DNA from: Octopus sinensis
Lineage: Eukaryota
Length of the DNA stretch: 64,000 bases
Reading direction: 5' to 3'
Assembly: GCF_006345805.1 (NCBI RefSeq)
Contig: NC_043009.1
Coordinates: forward strand, 27,404,001 to 27,468,000
Part shown: in pieces, positions 12,535-26,401 of the stretch
How positions within the stretch are numbered: position 1 is the stretch's first letter
Layout of the letters: each line of letters opens with the position of its first letter
Made by a program: the position numbers and the translations under genes
The notes under the pieces: generated by a model
Database searches by the model: none
What the model saw: only the letters and a program-made list of their open reading frames with translations
What the model was told of the DNA's origin: nothing

Positions 12535-13689
12535 ATTAGTTATTTTATTGCGAAGTTATCATTTTTTAATACTAAACTAAACCGCATTATGTTAATTTAA
12601 ACTAATATTATTGAACAGCTGGTCTGCAGTAGTTTATAATAATGATAGCTAAAACAGTTTAGGATGAGAAAGAAAAGACAAAAACATCAAAACCAGAATA
12701 CAACGAAATAAATTTTACACCTTTACATAAAACCAGAAGTGACTGTCTAAATTCTTGTAAAAATTTCTCTATTATCATCCCTATTACTTTTTTGAAATGC
12801 TATAATTATTTGCATTTTTTATTCTTTATAGCAATCTTCCTCACATAAGTATTACATTAAGTTATCTTATAGAGATTATAATATGAAATTGCTGTTGTAT
12901 GATAGTTTCTTTACTTGTGCATTTATACTGCAAATTATGAGCATCAGTTTTATCTCAGGAAAATATAGAAGTTACAACAGTATCAAACCAAGTGTTAACA
13001 GTTTTGAAAGTAAATTGCTTGATCCCAACCCTATATTTTAGGGCTCAAATTTTATCCCTTTCATTATATTTTAATTCTTTTAAAGTCTGGTAGTCTAGTT
13101 GTCAATAATTCTGATTATGGAATAAATTCTTGACTGCAAAGAGGAGGTGTAATCTAATATTTTGGAAAGAACTTTTTGACACAGAGAGAAACAATGGAGA
13201 AAGATGGCAGTTCACTTCTTGTTTTGCTTATAGGGAGGAAAAGTGCCAAATTAATTAACTGTCAGTATACTGAATTAAAATTTTGTGAAGATCAACTATA
13301 CCTTTCAATCTTTTTGTGGTTTTGATGGAAAAGTACCAGTTCAGGACAGAGAATTGTCCTGTTTGTTCACTGGATGAGATGCCTTACCGTGTCTCTCCTG
13401 TTTTTATTTTTGTATTTTGTATTTTATATTCAGACTGCAGTTCCTTTGGTAGCACCAATATGAAGCTGTATTAGCATTGCCTTTTCCTTGGATATTATTA
13501 TTGGCATGGAGAGAAGAGGCAATCACTAGCAAGGCTAGTCCTCCACAAATAAAACCTGTGCTCAATTTTACCATGTTGCAAAGTAACCTTCCAGGTGCAG
13601 AAACTTATGTTCAGTGATGACTAAATGGGGCTCTAGATACAGAATATGTATAGATTCCAAATTATATATATGTGTGTATATATATATAT

Positions 13690-13885
13690 AAAAGCACCCA
13701 CTACACTCTTGGAGTGGTTGGCATTAAGAAGGGCATCCAGCTGTAGACACTTTGCCAGATCAGATTGAACCTGGTGCAGCCTTCTGGCTCACCAGTCCTC
13801 AGTCAAACTGTCCAACCCATGCCAGTATGGAAAGCAGACGTTAAACGACAACGACGATGATGATGATGATGATGATGATGATATA
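13690..13885 (+). mobile_element. RTE-type LINE/SINE 3' end with (GAT)n tail
   Basis: aaagcaccca...aggaagggcatccagc...ccaacccatgccagcatgga...(gat)n, shared with copies at 16625 and 20770. The RTE label is from recall of family type. Confidence 0.75.
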
Positions 13886-13924
13886 TATATGTAATTATAT
13901 ATAAAATCATATCATCACCAGTTG

Positions 13925-14100
13925 TAGTCATGGGTTGGATGGTTCAACAAAAGCTGACAAATTAGAGGACTGCATCAAGCTCCAAAGTCTGGTTTGGCAT
14001 GGTTTCCATGGCTGGATGGCCCTCCTAATGTCAAATGCTTTATAGTGTGTACTGGGTGTTTTGTACATGGAACTGGTACAGGTGAAGCCACCAAGTAACT
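13925..14100 (-). mobile_element. Related RTE-type 3' end, opposite orientation
   Basis: Reverse complement contains ggagggccatccagcc...ccaacccatg, like 47605-47785. Confidence 0.6.
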
Positions 14101-16583
14101 TACAAGACAAGAACGCCACTCAACTGAAGTGGGGAAGCAGCATTGAAAGGGATAATTTTATGCCACATGATGAGAGAAGTGAAAGTATGATAGAGGAAAG
14201 GAACGGGTGCCTTGCTGTAGGGTGTCTACATGGATACTCCAGTTGGAAGAGAAAGACAATGGTGGTGAAGATGTATCAGGGTGTTTACCCTTGAGTTAGA
14301 GAAAGATGAACAAAAGAAGAGTAGTGTGGGTGGGTAAGTAAGTTTGATATATAGGACACATCAAACTGTTTTCACAGAAGCACGCAAATATTTAAATATG
14401 AAAACCCACATCAGTTAAAAGAGCAAGAAGGAAAATGTTATTTGATGTATTTGAGAAAAATAAAAGACATGAATTAAATTAAATAGAGGATGAAGTTAAG
14501 AAATTAATAAACTGAAGTTAATATACCGTGCTGTTATTGTATAAGTAATTTTTAGTGATTCAAAAACAGCTAACAGATATAAGGTACCAACAGCAACTAC
14601 AAACACAACACACTGTCATTAATTCATTATTATTGTCACTTAATGTATCTGTCAATATTATCAAACTTTAATTAGAGTATTTACAGCTCTAGGAGTTAAT
14701 TAATTGATTGGCTAATCATTATTATTTGTTTTCTGCTACCAGCATGATATGAAGCACTTATTTCATTTAAAGAATATGTAAACGAGACAAATTTTGGTTA
14801 ATTATTAGTCTATAGACATTTTTTATATCTATGTTTTTAAAAAGCCAAAAGGTAAAATGAAAAACTGGTTTTAAAGAAAATAAGACAAGTTATAAATATA
14901 AGGTTTTGCTTAATAATTGCAGCAGCCAGTATTGCTCTTCTAAAAAAAAAAAGTAAATAAAAAGGTTTCTGTTATTGACCATTTTTGTTTACTGGTCTTA
15001 AAACATGCAATCACTTACCAAATATATGCAATTTGAGACTAGATATAATGCTGGTACATCACTGCAGAAACAAAACATTTGGGAAATCAAATTCTAGATC
15101 ACACAAACAAAAGACTTAAGAAGGAATAAATATAAATTTAAATAAATGTCAAATTAATTTAAAAACTTTCGAGAGAATGTGAAATAATTCTTTGCTTGGA
15201 ACATTGGCTTTTGGAACACATCACATAAAGCTACAAATAATTAACTATAAAAACTGGATTGGAAAAACTGTTTCGGATAGAAAAACTCAAAGACAACTTT
15301 GGCGTTTCCACCCAAAGAGGTTTTACAACCTAATATATGCTTGTTATTTATAGCTTTATGTTCCAAAAAAGAATTATATTTTAATTGATTTATAGTTTAT
15401 ATTAAAATCATTGAAAATTTGATTGCAATAATAATAATTCTTTAATGTTTTAACATGATTGAGTTGGAACTGATAAAGAAAAGAATAAAACTCATGCCGA
15501 ATTTAAAATATGCAGGTAGGAATCGAATATTTTTAAAGATGCTTTTCAATATATGTGCTAAAGTAATTCTTTGATATACAAAAAGTTTAAATAAATTTTG
15601 AAATAAAACATGAAGTTGGCAATCTTGTATATCCATACGTATACAGATATTCACATAATCACATAGATAATTATTTTTAGGAATCAATACATATATCCAC
15701 GCATATATAATATGTATGTGTGTGTGTATGTGCATGCAGTTGTGTATGTATGTGTGTGTGTGCATATCAGAAGACGCATATCAGTGCAAAAGTGCAACAC
15801 ATTACAGAATATCAACAATGATGGATACATTTAACATGTGAGACATACAAATATTTATGGATGAATAATGAATACAACATAACGATGTGAAACACATACG
15901 CACAGCAACACACACAAACGTACAAATGCACAGCAATACACACACAAATGCACACACACACACACAAATGTTTTAATGATTAACAATGATTAACAATGTG
16001 TCTAGCAATGAAACAAGTAGACCTCAACATCATTGAATGAAAAAGAAGCAATATATTTAATAGCGAAAAGAAACTCTCAAGAGAACTGAAGAGCAGAAGG
16101 TCTTTAGAGAAGAAACCCTCTTCCTCAGGCAAATGTTTCAGCCCTTAACTTCTTAAACTCTTAAGGGCTAGTGCACATCCAGGTCATGGCTCCTGGGTGC
16201 CCTTCTGCTAAGACTTTCTAGCCACTTGGATATCAGAGACTTATGCCTTTAAATGATATGGAAATTTGATCTAGTTGTCACTCCTCTCTGTTGCCTCTGC
16301 TTTCAGACTTGTATTTGAATAAGAAATAATGTGGAACCCTCACACATGGCACATGGTGTTCCCAGCAAGCTATGGATACCAAGTTATATGATATCCAATT
16401 GTTAATTAACATACCACCATTCTTCAAACATGGTGGTAATGGATTCACGCAACAGTTGATGAACAGTGGCATTAAATATTGATCATAGATAGGAATTCAG
16501 ATAACTTGCCATTCCTGGATTTGCAGGGAATTCCAAGTGCTGTATGTGAGTGTTCCATGTTAGTATAATATATTAGATTATAT

Positions 16584-16621
<38 letters not shown>

Positions 16622-16624
16622 TGT

Positions 16625-16915
16625 GATTGTTGCCAGTGCTGTCTGATTGGCTACTGTGCTAGTGGCATGTAAAAAGCACCATTCAAACATGGTCGATGCC
16701 AGTACTGCCTGACTAGCCCTCGTGCCGGTGGCACCCACTACACTCTCGGAGTGGATGGCACTAGGGAAGGCATCCAGCTGTCGAAACCTTGCCAGATCAG
16801 ATTGGGGTCTGGTGCAGCCATCTAGCTTGCCAGTCCTCAGTCAAACCATCCAACCCATGCCAGCATGGAAAGGAAACGTTAAACGATGATGATGATGATG
16901 ATGATGATGATGATA
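16625..16915 (+). mobile_element. RTE-type 3' end with two tgccagtg...ggtggca units and (GAT)n tail
   Basis: Similarity to 13690 and 20770. Confidence 0.8.
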
Positions 16916-17498
16916 TATATTATATATGTGTGTATATATATTGATATATATATATATATATATATATAAGAGAAAAGTTAATAGCTTATTAGTGAAGACC
17001 TAATGATGCAAATTATCCCTATTGAGTTGAAAGCTTATTTAATTTTTTAAATGATTTCAGTCTTACTGAACTGATATACAGAACACTAGTTAAAAATAAA
17101 GCAAGTTTTTATGATTAGGTTTTCTGTATCTCTTCTAATTATTTCATTAAATGTTAAGGCAATGAATGTAGTATGCATTTAAATAAGATAAAGTAATTCA
17201 TTTTGACCTCTTAGATGGGGAGGGAAATAAAAAACCTTGTCTAAATTGTTAGTGACACTCAAGTAAAATGGGTTATAATTTTAGTATCCTTTTCTTTCTT
17301 TTTTGCCCATGTTCAGTCCACTGAGGGACAAAGGCCTCTGCATGTTCTCTCTATCCTGTCACAGTCAAATGTAGAGACTGTGAATTTGAGCTTGAGATCA
17401 TATTAGTTTGATGAGCCTACTCTGCCACTCTGGATCAACATGGCTAGGCTGAGAGATGCAGTTTTTATACTTATACACAGAGGTAGTTAAGTTGATAA

Positions 17499-17638
17499 CA
17501 GGTAATTATTTTATCGACTTTGAAAGGCTGAGAGGCAAAGTCAGCCTCAGCAGAATTTGAACTCAGAATGTAAGAACAGACAAAATACCACTAAACACTT
17601 CACCTGGCATGCTAACGATTCTGCCAGCTCACTGCCTT
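17499..17638 (-). mobile_element. Family-A SINE, 5' part
   Basis: Similarity to other copies. Confidence 0.75.
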
Positions 17639-20064
17639 AATTTCACTATATCAAGAATTAATCAATCCATCTATTTTTGTAACCATGTGTAAGTCAAGGG
17701 AGGTTCTTTAGGCTTATCCTCCAGATGATCCCTTCAGAACCAGCCATCAGTAAATGTTTCAGCTGGATACCCAAGGGAGACTAACTGAGATTGTGGATAT
17801 TATCGAAAATTCTCACTCTTACTTTACCCCTAAGATCCTTAGTGAATACAAATAGCTGAAATGGGGTTGCTTCAAAGGGTCACTGGAATAACACTACTCG
17901 ATAGGGTGTATACTTTGAAGATCAAGCAGGCACTCCAGGCCAAGCCTATACTTCTTTGCATTGAGAGGTCACAGCTCTAGTACCATTGGCATGTAGTTAA
18001 ATATCTGAGGAATGAATCACAAGACAGATTTTATTGGTTAAAATATGTTGAACTTTACATACAAGTTTTTTTTAATGTAGTGAATATTGTCATATAGGGT
18101 CTATAGATTTTACCATCTGTCTCATTCTGATATCCTTACACCAAAGCTGATCACTATATTTTACAATGCACAAGGTAGATTAATAACCAATGTAATCAGA
18201 CAATAAATACATGAAAAACAACACCTACACAATCATACAGTCTGCAAGTCACATACAACACCATAATCCATAAACAACAACAGCACAGTCATACAGTCCA
18301 TATATGTAGATATATAAATATATGATACAACATTCATTTATACCTAATATTTTAACCCCACATCTATTTGAAATATACCAACATTAATATCTCCTTTGCT
18401 GATAAATAAGTTCTGTGCATTCCACCAATCAGTTGTAGAAAAATTTTAATTTGGAAAATATAAGTTTGACTGCCATTATGAAAACTAAACTGATATTTTG
18501 GGCAGCATCTTTCTTCTTGACTAGTGATAACCTTTGTCTTCTGAATCTGTAGAATTTTTTTAACCATTGTTCCACACCACAGAAGTATGCCTCATAGAAC
18601 TTACACATTACTGCAAGTTTTTGAAACAAAATAAAAAGAATACAAGTATATTTAGGAAACCTGTGTTCCTCAATGCATCCCACTTGTGCATGTAATGCGT
18701 ATTTCATTGCACCAAATGGCAGCATATGCACCCATCTCTGTTTTAAAACAATTCTAAGACTTGTTATGTATATATATTTATAAAGCTTTTAAAAGCTGAT
18801 GGTGTGCTGGAATAATGTTTAACATTGTATTCATTGTGTCAGGGAGTGTAAGATGTGGAATATTGCTTGTTCTAACAGCAGCAAATATACTTAGGATTTA
18901 TTATTAATGTACTTTACACATTATTCCACCAAATTTCTCATTAGAAATGCATTTTATAACAGAATATATAAGTTTATCTGATTAGTTCAGCAACTCCTGT
19001 TTGTGATTGTTGTACTCAAAGCTTCCAGCTCTGCAGAGAGTTCAAGCCATCAATAACATTGTCATCATTGATCTCAACATTAGCATTCCAGAACAGAATG
19101 TTTAACTACTTCAACTTAATTACAAAACTATCTCAATTATGTACATATGCCTTATTAATTAAACACCATCATTCTTAGTTGTTGTTTAATGTCAAAACAA
19201 CTCAAGCAGATCAGGGGCATAATCAAAATCAACAGTTCCTGAACACCCTGTCTTTTGTTTATGGCTGTAATATAAGTGAGATTTAGCTGCTATTTCTTAT
19301 AAGTCAAGCAAACTACATTGGCACTCTCCCACCTTTGGTTTGAATTTGTCTAAATACAGCCATAAAGTATCTTAATTTTCAGATTTTGTAAAAACTCACC
19401 AGTGAAGTAAATTTAATTCTTAATTGACACAACTTCGCAAACATTGCTTTATTTCTTAAACTCATTACTAAACTATTTCAGTAAACATGAATGAAAACCA
19501 CAACTTCCCCCCACCCTTCATCATGATGACTAAACTCATTGCTAAACAATCATCAAATCACCAAGACACTAAGATATATTATAAATATTCATTTGAAAAC
19601 CTTCAATTTCTATAAAACAGCTTTTTAAGTAACCCAGGCAAATTTCCAATCTAGGAAACATTTATTCATCACTTTGATAGGTGTGTAGCTCTTGGTAACT
19701 CTGTTTCTTTTGTATTTTGAATATCTTTAACATCTGCCTATCAGGTGGAAAAAACGATTGTCTCCTTAACCTTACACCTGAGAATACTTTTACAGCACAA
19801 GAGCCAAAAATGGCTTTAGACACAACTATCACCGAAACATGCTAGGCTGGTCTTCCTCCTCACCTTTGTTTTCATATTTTTTTTTAAAGTTCTGTGAAGA
19901 AATAAAGTAAACAAACACTTAATTATTATATTTTTAATGATTGCGACCAATTAACAACACATTACACAACACACACATACACACATGTATATATATATAT
20001 CCATGTATATGTATGTATATATATATATATATATACACACTCACAAACATACAGACACACAAAA

Positions 20065-20108
<44 letters not shown>

Positions 20109-20500
20109 GTATACACACACACACATAACACTGACACTATAGATTATTATTACCAAAAAGAATATTCAAACATGCACATACATACACATACAGACACACA
20201 CACACACACACACACACGTATTTCTGTATGCGTCTTCATGTATAAGTCAATAAGTACAAACAGTAAAGACACATGTATGTTTATTAACATGGTTGCGTGT
20301 ATGGAAATATGTGTTGACAAGTATGAACAGTGTGGACAGATGCATATGTGTTTATGTTGTTGCATGTGTATATCTTTCATATATTGACTGTGATAATGTA
20401 ATAAAACATTGTCTTTCCATTTAAATCAATGCATATATATATATATATATATATGCACACACACACATGTATATATATAGATATATATAAAAGAGCAAAA

Positions 20501-20547
<47 letters not shown>

Positions 20548-20769
20548 AAATATATACGTTTTCATTATTATTTTGCCATTTACTTAATCATCGGTATATT
20601 ATTGTTATTTTAATTTTAATATTTCTATTATATGTAATTTTCTAGATGGTGTAATTTAATTACACAGTTATTTGTCCTTTGTTATTAGATAGATATATTT
20701 CATAACTAACTGTATAAACTCTAAGCTGATGGTTGTCACTCTGTCAGCATAAAACCAAGTAAATAATTC

Positions 20770-21170
20770 CACTGACTGGCTCCTGTGCCGGTGGCATGTA
20801 AAAAGCACCATTTGAGCATGATTGTTGCCAGCATCGCCTTACTGGCACATGTGCTAGTGGCATGTAAGAAAAAGCATTCGAGTGTGGTTGTTGCCAGTAC
20901 CACCAGACTGGCTCCCGTGCAGGTGGCATATAAAAACACCTTTGAGTGTGGTCGTTGCCAGTGTCGCCTGACTGGCCCTTGTACCGGTGGCATGTAAAAG
21001 CACCCATTACACTCTTGGAGTGGTTGGCGTTAGGAAGGGTATCTAGCAGTAGGAACATTACCAGATCAGATTGGAGCCTTCTAGCTCGCTAGTCCTCAGT
21101 CAAACCGTCAAACCCATGTCAGCATAGAAAGCGGACATTAAACAATAATGGTGATGATGCTGATGAGGAT
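20770..21170 (+). mobile_element. RTE-type 3' end with about 3.5 tandem 65-bp units
   Basis: Repeated actggc..gtgccggtggcatgtaaaaagcacc..gagtgtggt.gttgccag, then the same body and tail as 13690. Confidence 0.8.
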
Positions 21171-22049
21171 ATGCAATTCCATGGTTTACAATTCTAAGAA
21201 AAACTTTTCCAAGATCAACATTACTATGTTCTGCATCTACAATTTATTCAGCATAAAGATGAAGCAGAAACAACTAATTCCCTAAAGGAAACTTTGTTAT
21301 TTTCAAGCTGTCTTTCATCTGTAAATAGATGTAAATATAAATAAAGGAGGTATTGACAGCAAGATATGTAATATTCAAAGTGAACCGATTCCTTAAACGG
21401 TAAATTTATCCCTTCAACAAATTGTAAATACATTTTATGAGAACATGACCATTGTTGAAAGCAAAGGAATATTTGAGAAATATAAAAGCTAGATTTTTAT
21501 GACCATGGAAAAATAAAATGTGTGAAGAAGATAATATTTATCTTTACAACTCATATTTAAGATTTAAAAACAATATCATTCAACAGAAATATCTACTGTT
21601 TTGTATGTTTGGCTTGGAACAATATCATGTTTCAATCCATTTTGAAAAATCTTAAAACATCAGAATTATTCATTTAAGCATGTTATTATTCTTTGAACTC
21701 AACATAAAGAACTATTAAGAAATTGTGGAAAATCGTTACTGAAAGACCCAAATTAGAATATGATCCATGTTTATATAAATATATGTGTGTGTATTTGTGT
21801 ATCTGTATTATACATATATAATGTATATATATTACACACACACACATATGCTGAAGCTTCAAAGTTATTGTCATCAGTATTATTGATAAAGAATAATAAA
21901 TATGTTCTCTACAAAAAGTATTGAGTGATTCTTTAGTTTAATGTGAAACTGTTCTAATAATTTCCTATAAAAGCAAACGTTTATCTATATATATATATAT
22001 ATATATATGTGTGTATGTATGTATGTATGTATGTATTTCTCTCCCCCTT

Positions 22050-22086
<37 letters not shown>

Positions 22087-22664
22087 GTAGTATGTATGTA
22101 TGTATGTATGTATGTATGTATGTATGTATGTCACTCTATGGATAATTTTTCTACAAACCCAAAAGATTCAATTCATAGAAGACTTCCAGATATTATTCAT
22201 ACAGCAGAAAGAGTACTGAAAGGCTTCTGTGTCCTTAGTACTGAATAACAACCTCACACACACACACACTCACGCATGCACGCACACACACATCCGCCCT
22301 CTCCTTCCATATTCAAGAGGATTTATGCTTATTTGATAAAATCATGCAACGTAAAGATTTTACATTTTAAGAGCACTAGTTAAGCTAGCTTAGGTGAAAG
22401 AATAGGATGAAAATAAAGGGAGAACATGATGAAGAGGATGAGAGATAGGCAGATAAGCATAAGAGTATGAGAACATGGATTCAATGAAGATGTATGTAGC
22501 TGCATAGTCAAAAACTGGTGACAGACTGTTAGATGAATGACCAAATCACAGATGAATGGAGTATGATTATGGCAGATAAATTGGTGAATACATTAAGGGT
22601 TTATTTGTTTGCTTGCTTTCTGTCTGATTTTCCATGCTAGTATGGGTTGGAGGAATTCTTATCG

Positions 22665-22679
22665 ATCTATCTATCTATC

Positions 22680-22711
<32 letters not shown>

Positions 22712-23046
22712 TGTATGTATGTATGTATGTATGTATGTATGTATGTATGTATGTATGTATGTATGTCTGTCTGTCTATCTATCTATCTATCTATCTATCT
22801 GTCTGCCTCTCTACTTACCTACCTACCAACCTACCTACTTACATACATACATACATACCTACATACATACCTACTTACCTACCTACCTAACTACCTACCT
22901 ACCTACCTACCTATCTACCTACCTACCTACCTACCTATCTACCTACTAATCTACCTACCTACTTATCTATCTATTTATCTTTCTGTCTGTCTCTCTCTAT
23001 CTATCTATTTATCTATCTATCTTCCTCTCACTTTGTGTGTGTATGC

Positions 23047-23077
<31 letters not shown>

Positions 23078-23170
23078 TGTATGTATGTATGTATGTATGT
23101 ATGTATGCATGTACGTACATATATACATACATATGTATGTATAGAAGTGTGTATGTATGTATGTATGTAT
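22665..23170. repeat. Compound (TATC)n/(TATG)n/(TACC)n microsatellite
   Basis: Direct inspection. Confidence 0.95.
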
Positions 23171-23643
23171 GTATTGCTAGCAGGGACACAATATTTCATT
23201 TGACAACCATAATATATAAGCATTCAAGTATATTAAATTTTATAAATCAATACAGCATTGACCTATAAACATTTGATACACTTGAATGTATATCACAGTG
23301 GCACAACTTAATATTGTGTCCCTGCCAGTGATTAACATGTACATAGCAGTTGCCAGGGATGTGTTTAACACACAAAATTAGTCTATCCAATTGTGGTACC
23401 CTCTTATATTTGGTGGCTCTTTAAGCAATTAGTTCACGAATAGTTAATGGGTTCATTGCATCGTTTACATTGACATATTCATATACAAAATTTAACTTTC
23501 AGTGCTGGCTCTAATTTTTATAGAAAATCTATAGGGAAACACTTAAACAATATATATAAATATATAAATATAAATATATATATATATACATAATACACAC
23601 ACACACACACACATATATATATAAATAATATAAATATATATAA

Positions 23644-23684
<41 letters not shown>

Positions 23685-23713
23685 TATATAATATAGGTGT
23701 ATATATATATATA

Positions 23714-23765
<52 letters not shown>

Positions 23766-24933
23766 AATATGTGTACAGGATGTCACCAGCAGTAAACAGC
23801 ATGAAATACAGAAATAAATGAGTTAAAAACACAAATAACGAGAGAAAAGAAAAAAGGACAAGTAATACAAAGAACGACCCTTCGTCAGTTGTCAGCTGTC
23901 TATCTACTCCCCATTTTGAGCAATCAATGACAATACGAGTCTTTGAAGACCATTGCTCCCATATTTGCCAAAATAAAATTTTGGATTTTATGGAGGGTCA
24001 AAGTTAGGAACAAACAGGACAGTGGAGACACAGGGATGAAAACAAACATGGAGGGTTGTTAGACCTGAACGAGGGGAAAATAGTGAATGCTGAGAGAAAT
24101 ATTTTCTTATGTACACACATTTTACATGAATATATTTGCGTATATATAAGGTGGTGCCCCGCATGGCCACAGTCTAATGACTGAAGCAAGTAAAAGATAC
24201 GTTTTTACAGGTTGACAAAAGTTTCAACAGTAAGTGCACATTATGCACCAGTCAAACTATAATGGTAACAAAAAACAATGGTAAAACACACACACAAATA
24301 TTGAAGAAGCACAATACAGTGAAATTATGAGAGTTGGCTGTTCCGGCACCTGTAGCAAATGATTCTTGTCTGCTAACAACATATGTATGTGTGTTTTATT
24401 TACCATGCATCTATATGGGAGGACCTCTCAGGGTGATTACTGCAGTGCTCAGCATTCTAACAATATGTTCATGTTAAGTTGGATATACAAGTTGCCTTTT
24501 CATACTGATACTGCTTTTGTTACTAAACATCATATTTTAATAAGCCTGCTGGCTATTTGTGGCATCTGTGTCTGAAAAGTCATTGTAATTCTATATAACA
24601 TTGGCAGTGGGATTTGGCTGGTATAGGGTGAGTGGGCACCTATCACTGAAGAGATGCAGTACAATGAAATCATGTGATCTGCTTCAATGCACTATGTACC
24701 TATAGGAGGGGTCTCAAGGCAAATACCACACTATTTGGCATGTTAACAAAACACGCATGTTAATTTAGATATAAAGATTGTCTTTATATATCTATATGGT
24801 GTATTTTGGCCAGGACAGTAGTCTAAATGAAATACTGCACTCTATTTTTGTATTGGAAACTTTTCAATATCACCCAACCCAAACAGATATATATATATAA
24901 ATATATATATATACATGTATGTCTATCTATCTG

Positions 24934-24985
<52 letters not shown>

Positions 24986-25017
24986 CATCTATCTATCTAT
25001 CTATCTATCTATATACA

Positions 25018-25050
<33 letters not shown>

Positions 25051-25152
25051 GCATATATGTATGTATATATATAGTATGTATATATATATACATAATATAT
25101 ATATATATATAATATGTATTATATGTATATATATACATATATATATATATCT

Positions 25153-25196
<44 letters not shown>

Positions 25197-25236
25197 AATA
25201 AAATGGAGTTAACGCAGGTTTAAACATGTATTTTTT

Positions 25237-25319
25237 CTTTCTACATATGTTTCAAAAATTCCACTGATACTTATTCAAAGAATAAAAGGTATAAACAATG
25301 CAATCTTCTCTTCGGGAAG
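25237..25319 (-). ncRNA. Second copy of the same hammerhead motif in the inverted arm
   Basis: Reverse complement of 26402-26486. Stem I is shortened to 3 bp by a 1-nt indel. Confidence 0.6.
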
Positions 25320-25486
25320 GGAAAAAACGAAACTTGTCAATAATGTAGATAAGATTTCTAGTCGTAAAAGAATTATTGATAACAACATAACTTCGCACGA
25401 TACAAAGCGAATGAAGGCAGATAACCCTTATTATTCCCCTATTACCGATCTAAAAGTAATATAACACCTCAAAAAGTAATTACGCT

Positions 25487-26200
25487 ATGAATACTAGTAA
25501 AAATATTTGGTTAATAATTCCTTACGGGAGACAAATTAAATCTAATCTCCCACTGCTGTTTCGTCAAGCTATTGCTAGGAATTTTCCAAATAATTCTAGA
25601 TATTACTCTATAATTAATTCACATAAAGTTAGGATAGGTTTTTCAAACACAAAAAATCTCTTGCAAATTATATCTTCTCATAATAACAAACTGTTAAATA
25701 TTAATACATTTACTAATACTAACATTAATTTAGCTACTACCATCCAACCCTCTAGAAATATTAATAACAAGGTTATTGTATCTGAAGTCAATCCCAATAG
25801 AATTAAATTTATGTCAAGTAACTCTAAGATTAAAAATTCTATATACCAGTGTATAATCAGTACTCGTAATAAAGTACAATTTTACATTGGAAGCACATCG
25901 TTAGATTTATCTAAGAGAATTTCTATCCATTACTCAACATTTAGGGATAGAAATAAACGGAATAGTACCGGTCTCAGCAAACTGATTTGGAATTTAAAAG
26001 ACCACAATGAACAATTTCATTTGGAATGGTTGATCCTCTCAATTTCGATACCATATGACAAAGGCAAGAAATTCTGTCTTCTCTGCAATTCTGAGCTATT
26101 TTTCATTATTTTTTCTAAAAATACTCTAGTAAACACGGTTATAGAACGAGCATACAGATGTAAGCATTGGCAAAAACATACTTTTAGTGCATATAAGTAG
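25487..26200 (+). CDS. Penelope-like GIY-YIG endonuclease domain (no reverse transcriptase)
   Basis: IWLIIPY...NLLQIISSHNNKLL, then SIY-x9-FYIGST..LSKRISIH..F...STGLSKLIWNLKD...LEW...CLLCNSELFFI...LVN..E..YRCKH. This matches the C-terminal layout of invertebrate PLE ORFs. Confidence 0.85.
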   Translation: MNTSKNIWLIIPYGRQIKSNLPLLFRQAIARNFPNNSRYYSIINSHKVRIGFSNTKNLLQIISSHNNKLLNINTFTNTNINLATTIQPSRNINNKVIVSEVNPNRIKFMSSNSKIKNSIYQCIISTRNKVQFYIGSTSLDLSKRISIHYSTFRDRNKRNSTGLSKLIWNLKDHNEQFHLEWLILSISIPYDKGKKFCLLCNSELFFIIFSKNTLVNTVIERAYRCKHWQKHTFSAYK

Positions 26201-26401
26201 TCTCTATCATTATATATAGTTTAGACTTTAATTTCCTTTATATTTAACATTCACTATTAATATCCCTACTCTTTCTGTTAGCTACTTATGACGTTATATC
26301 ATATAACGTTTTTTTAAACAATATTAATAGCGTTCTGTCTATCGCTATACGAATCCATCATTTTTTGCTAAAATGTCGTATTGACAAGTTTCGTTTTTTC
26401 C

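Noticed and set aside
16050-18731. Possible decayed LINE coding remnants (ORFs 16278-16472 and 18429-18731)
   Set aside because: Only faint resemblance to RT-associated C-terminal motifs, which cannot be supported without a profile search.
20770-21005. Regularly spaced repeats resembling a CRISPR array
   Set aside because: The whole unit is repeated with no unique spacers, it lies inside a retroelement end, and the context is eukaryotic with no cas genes.
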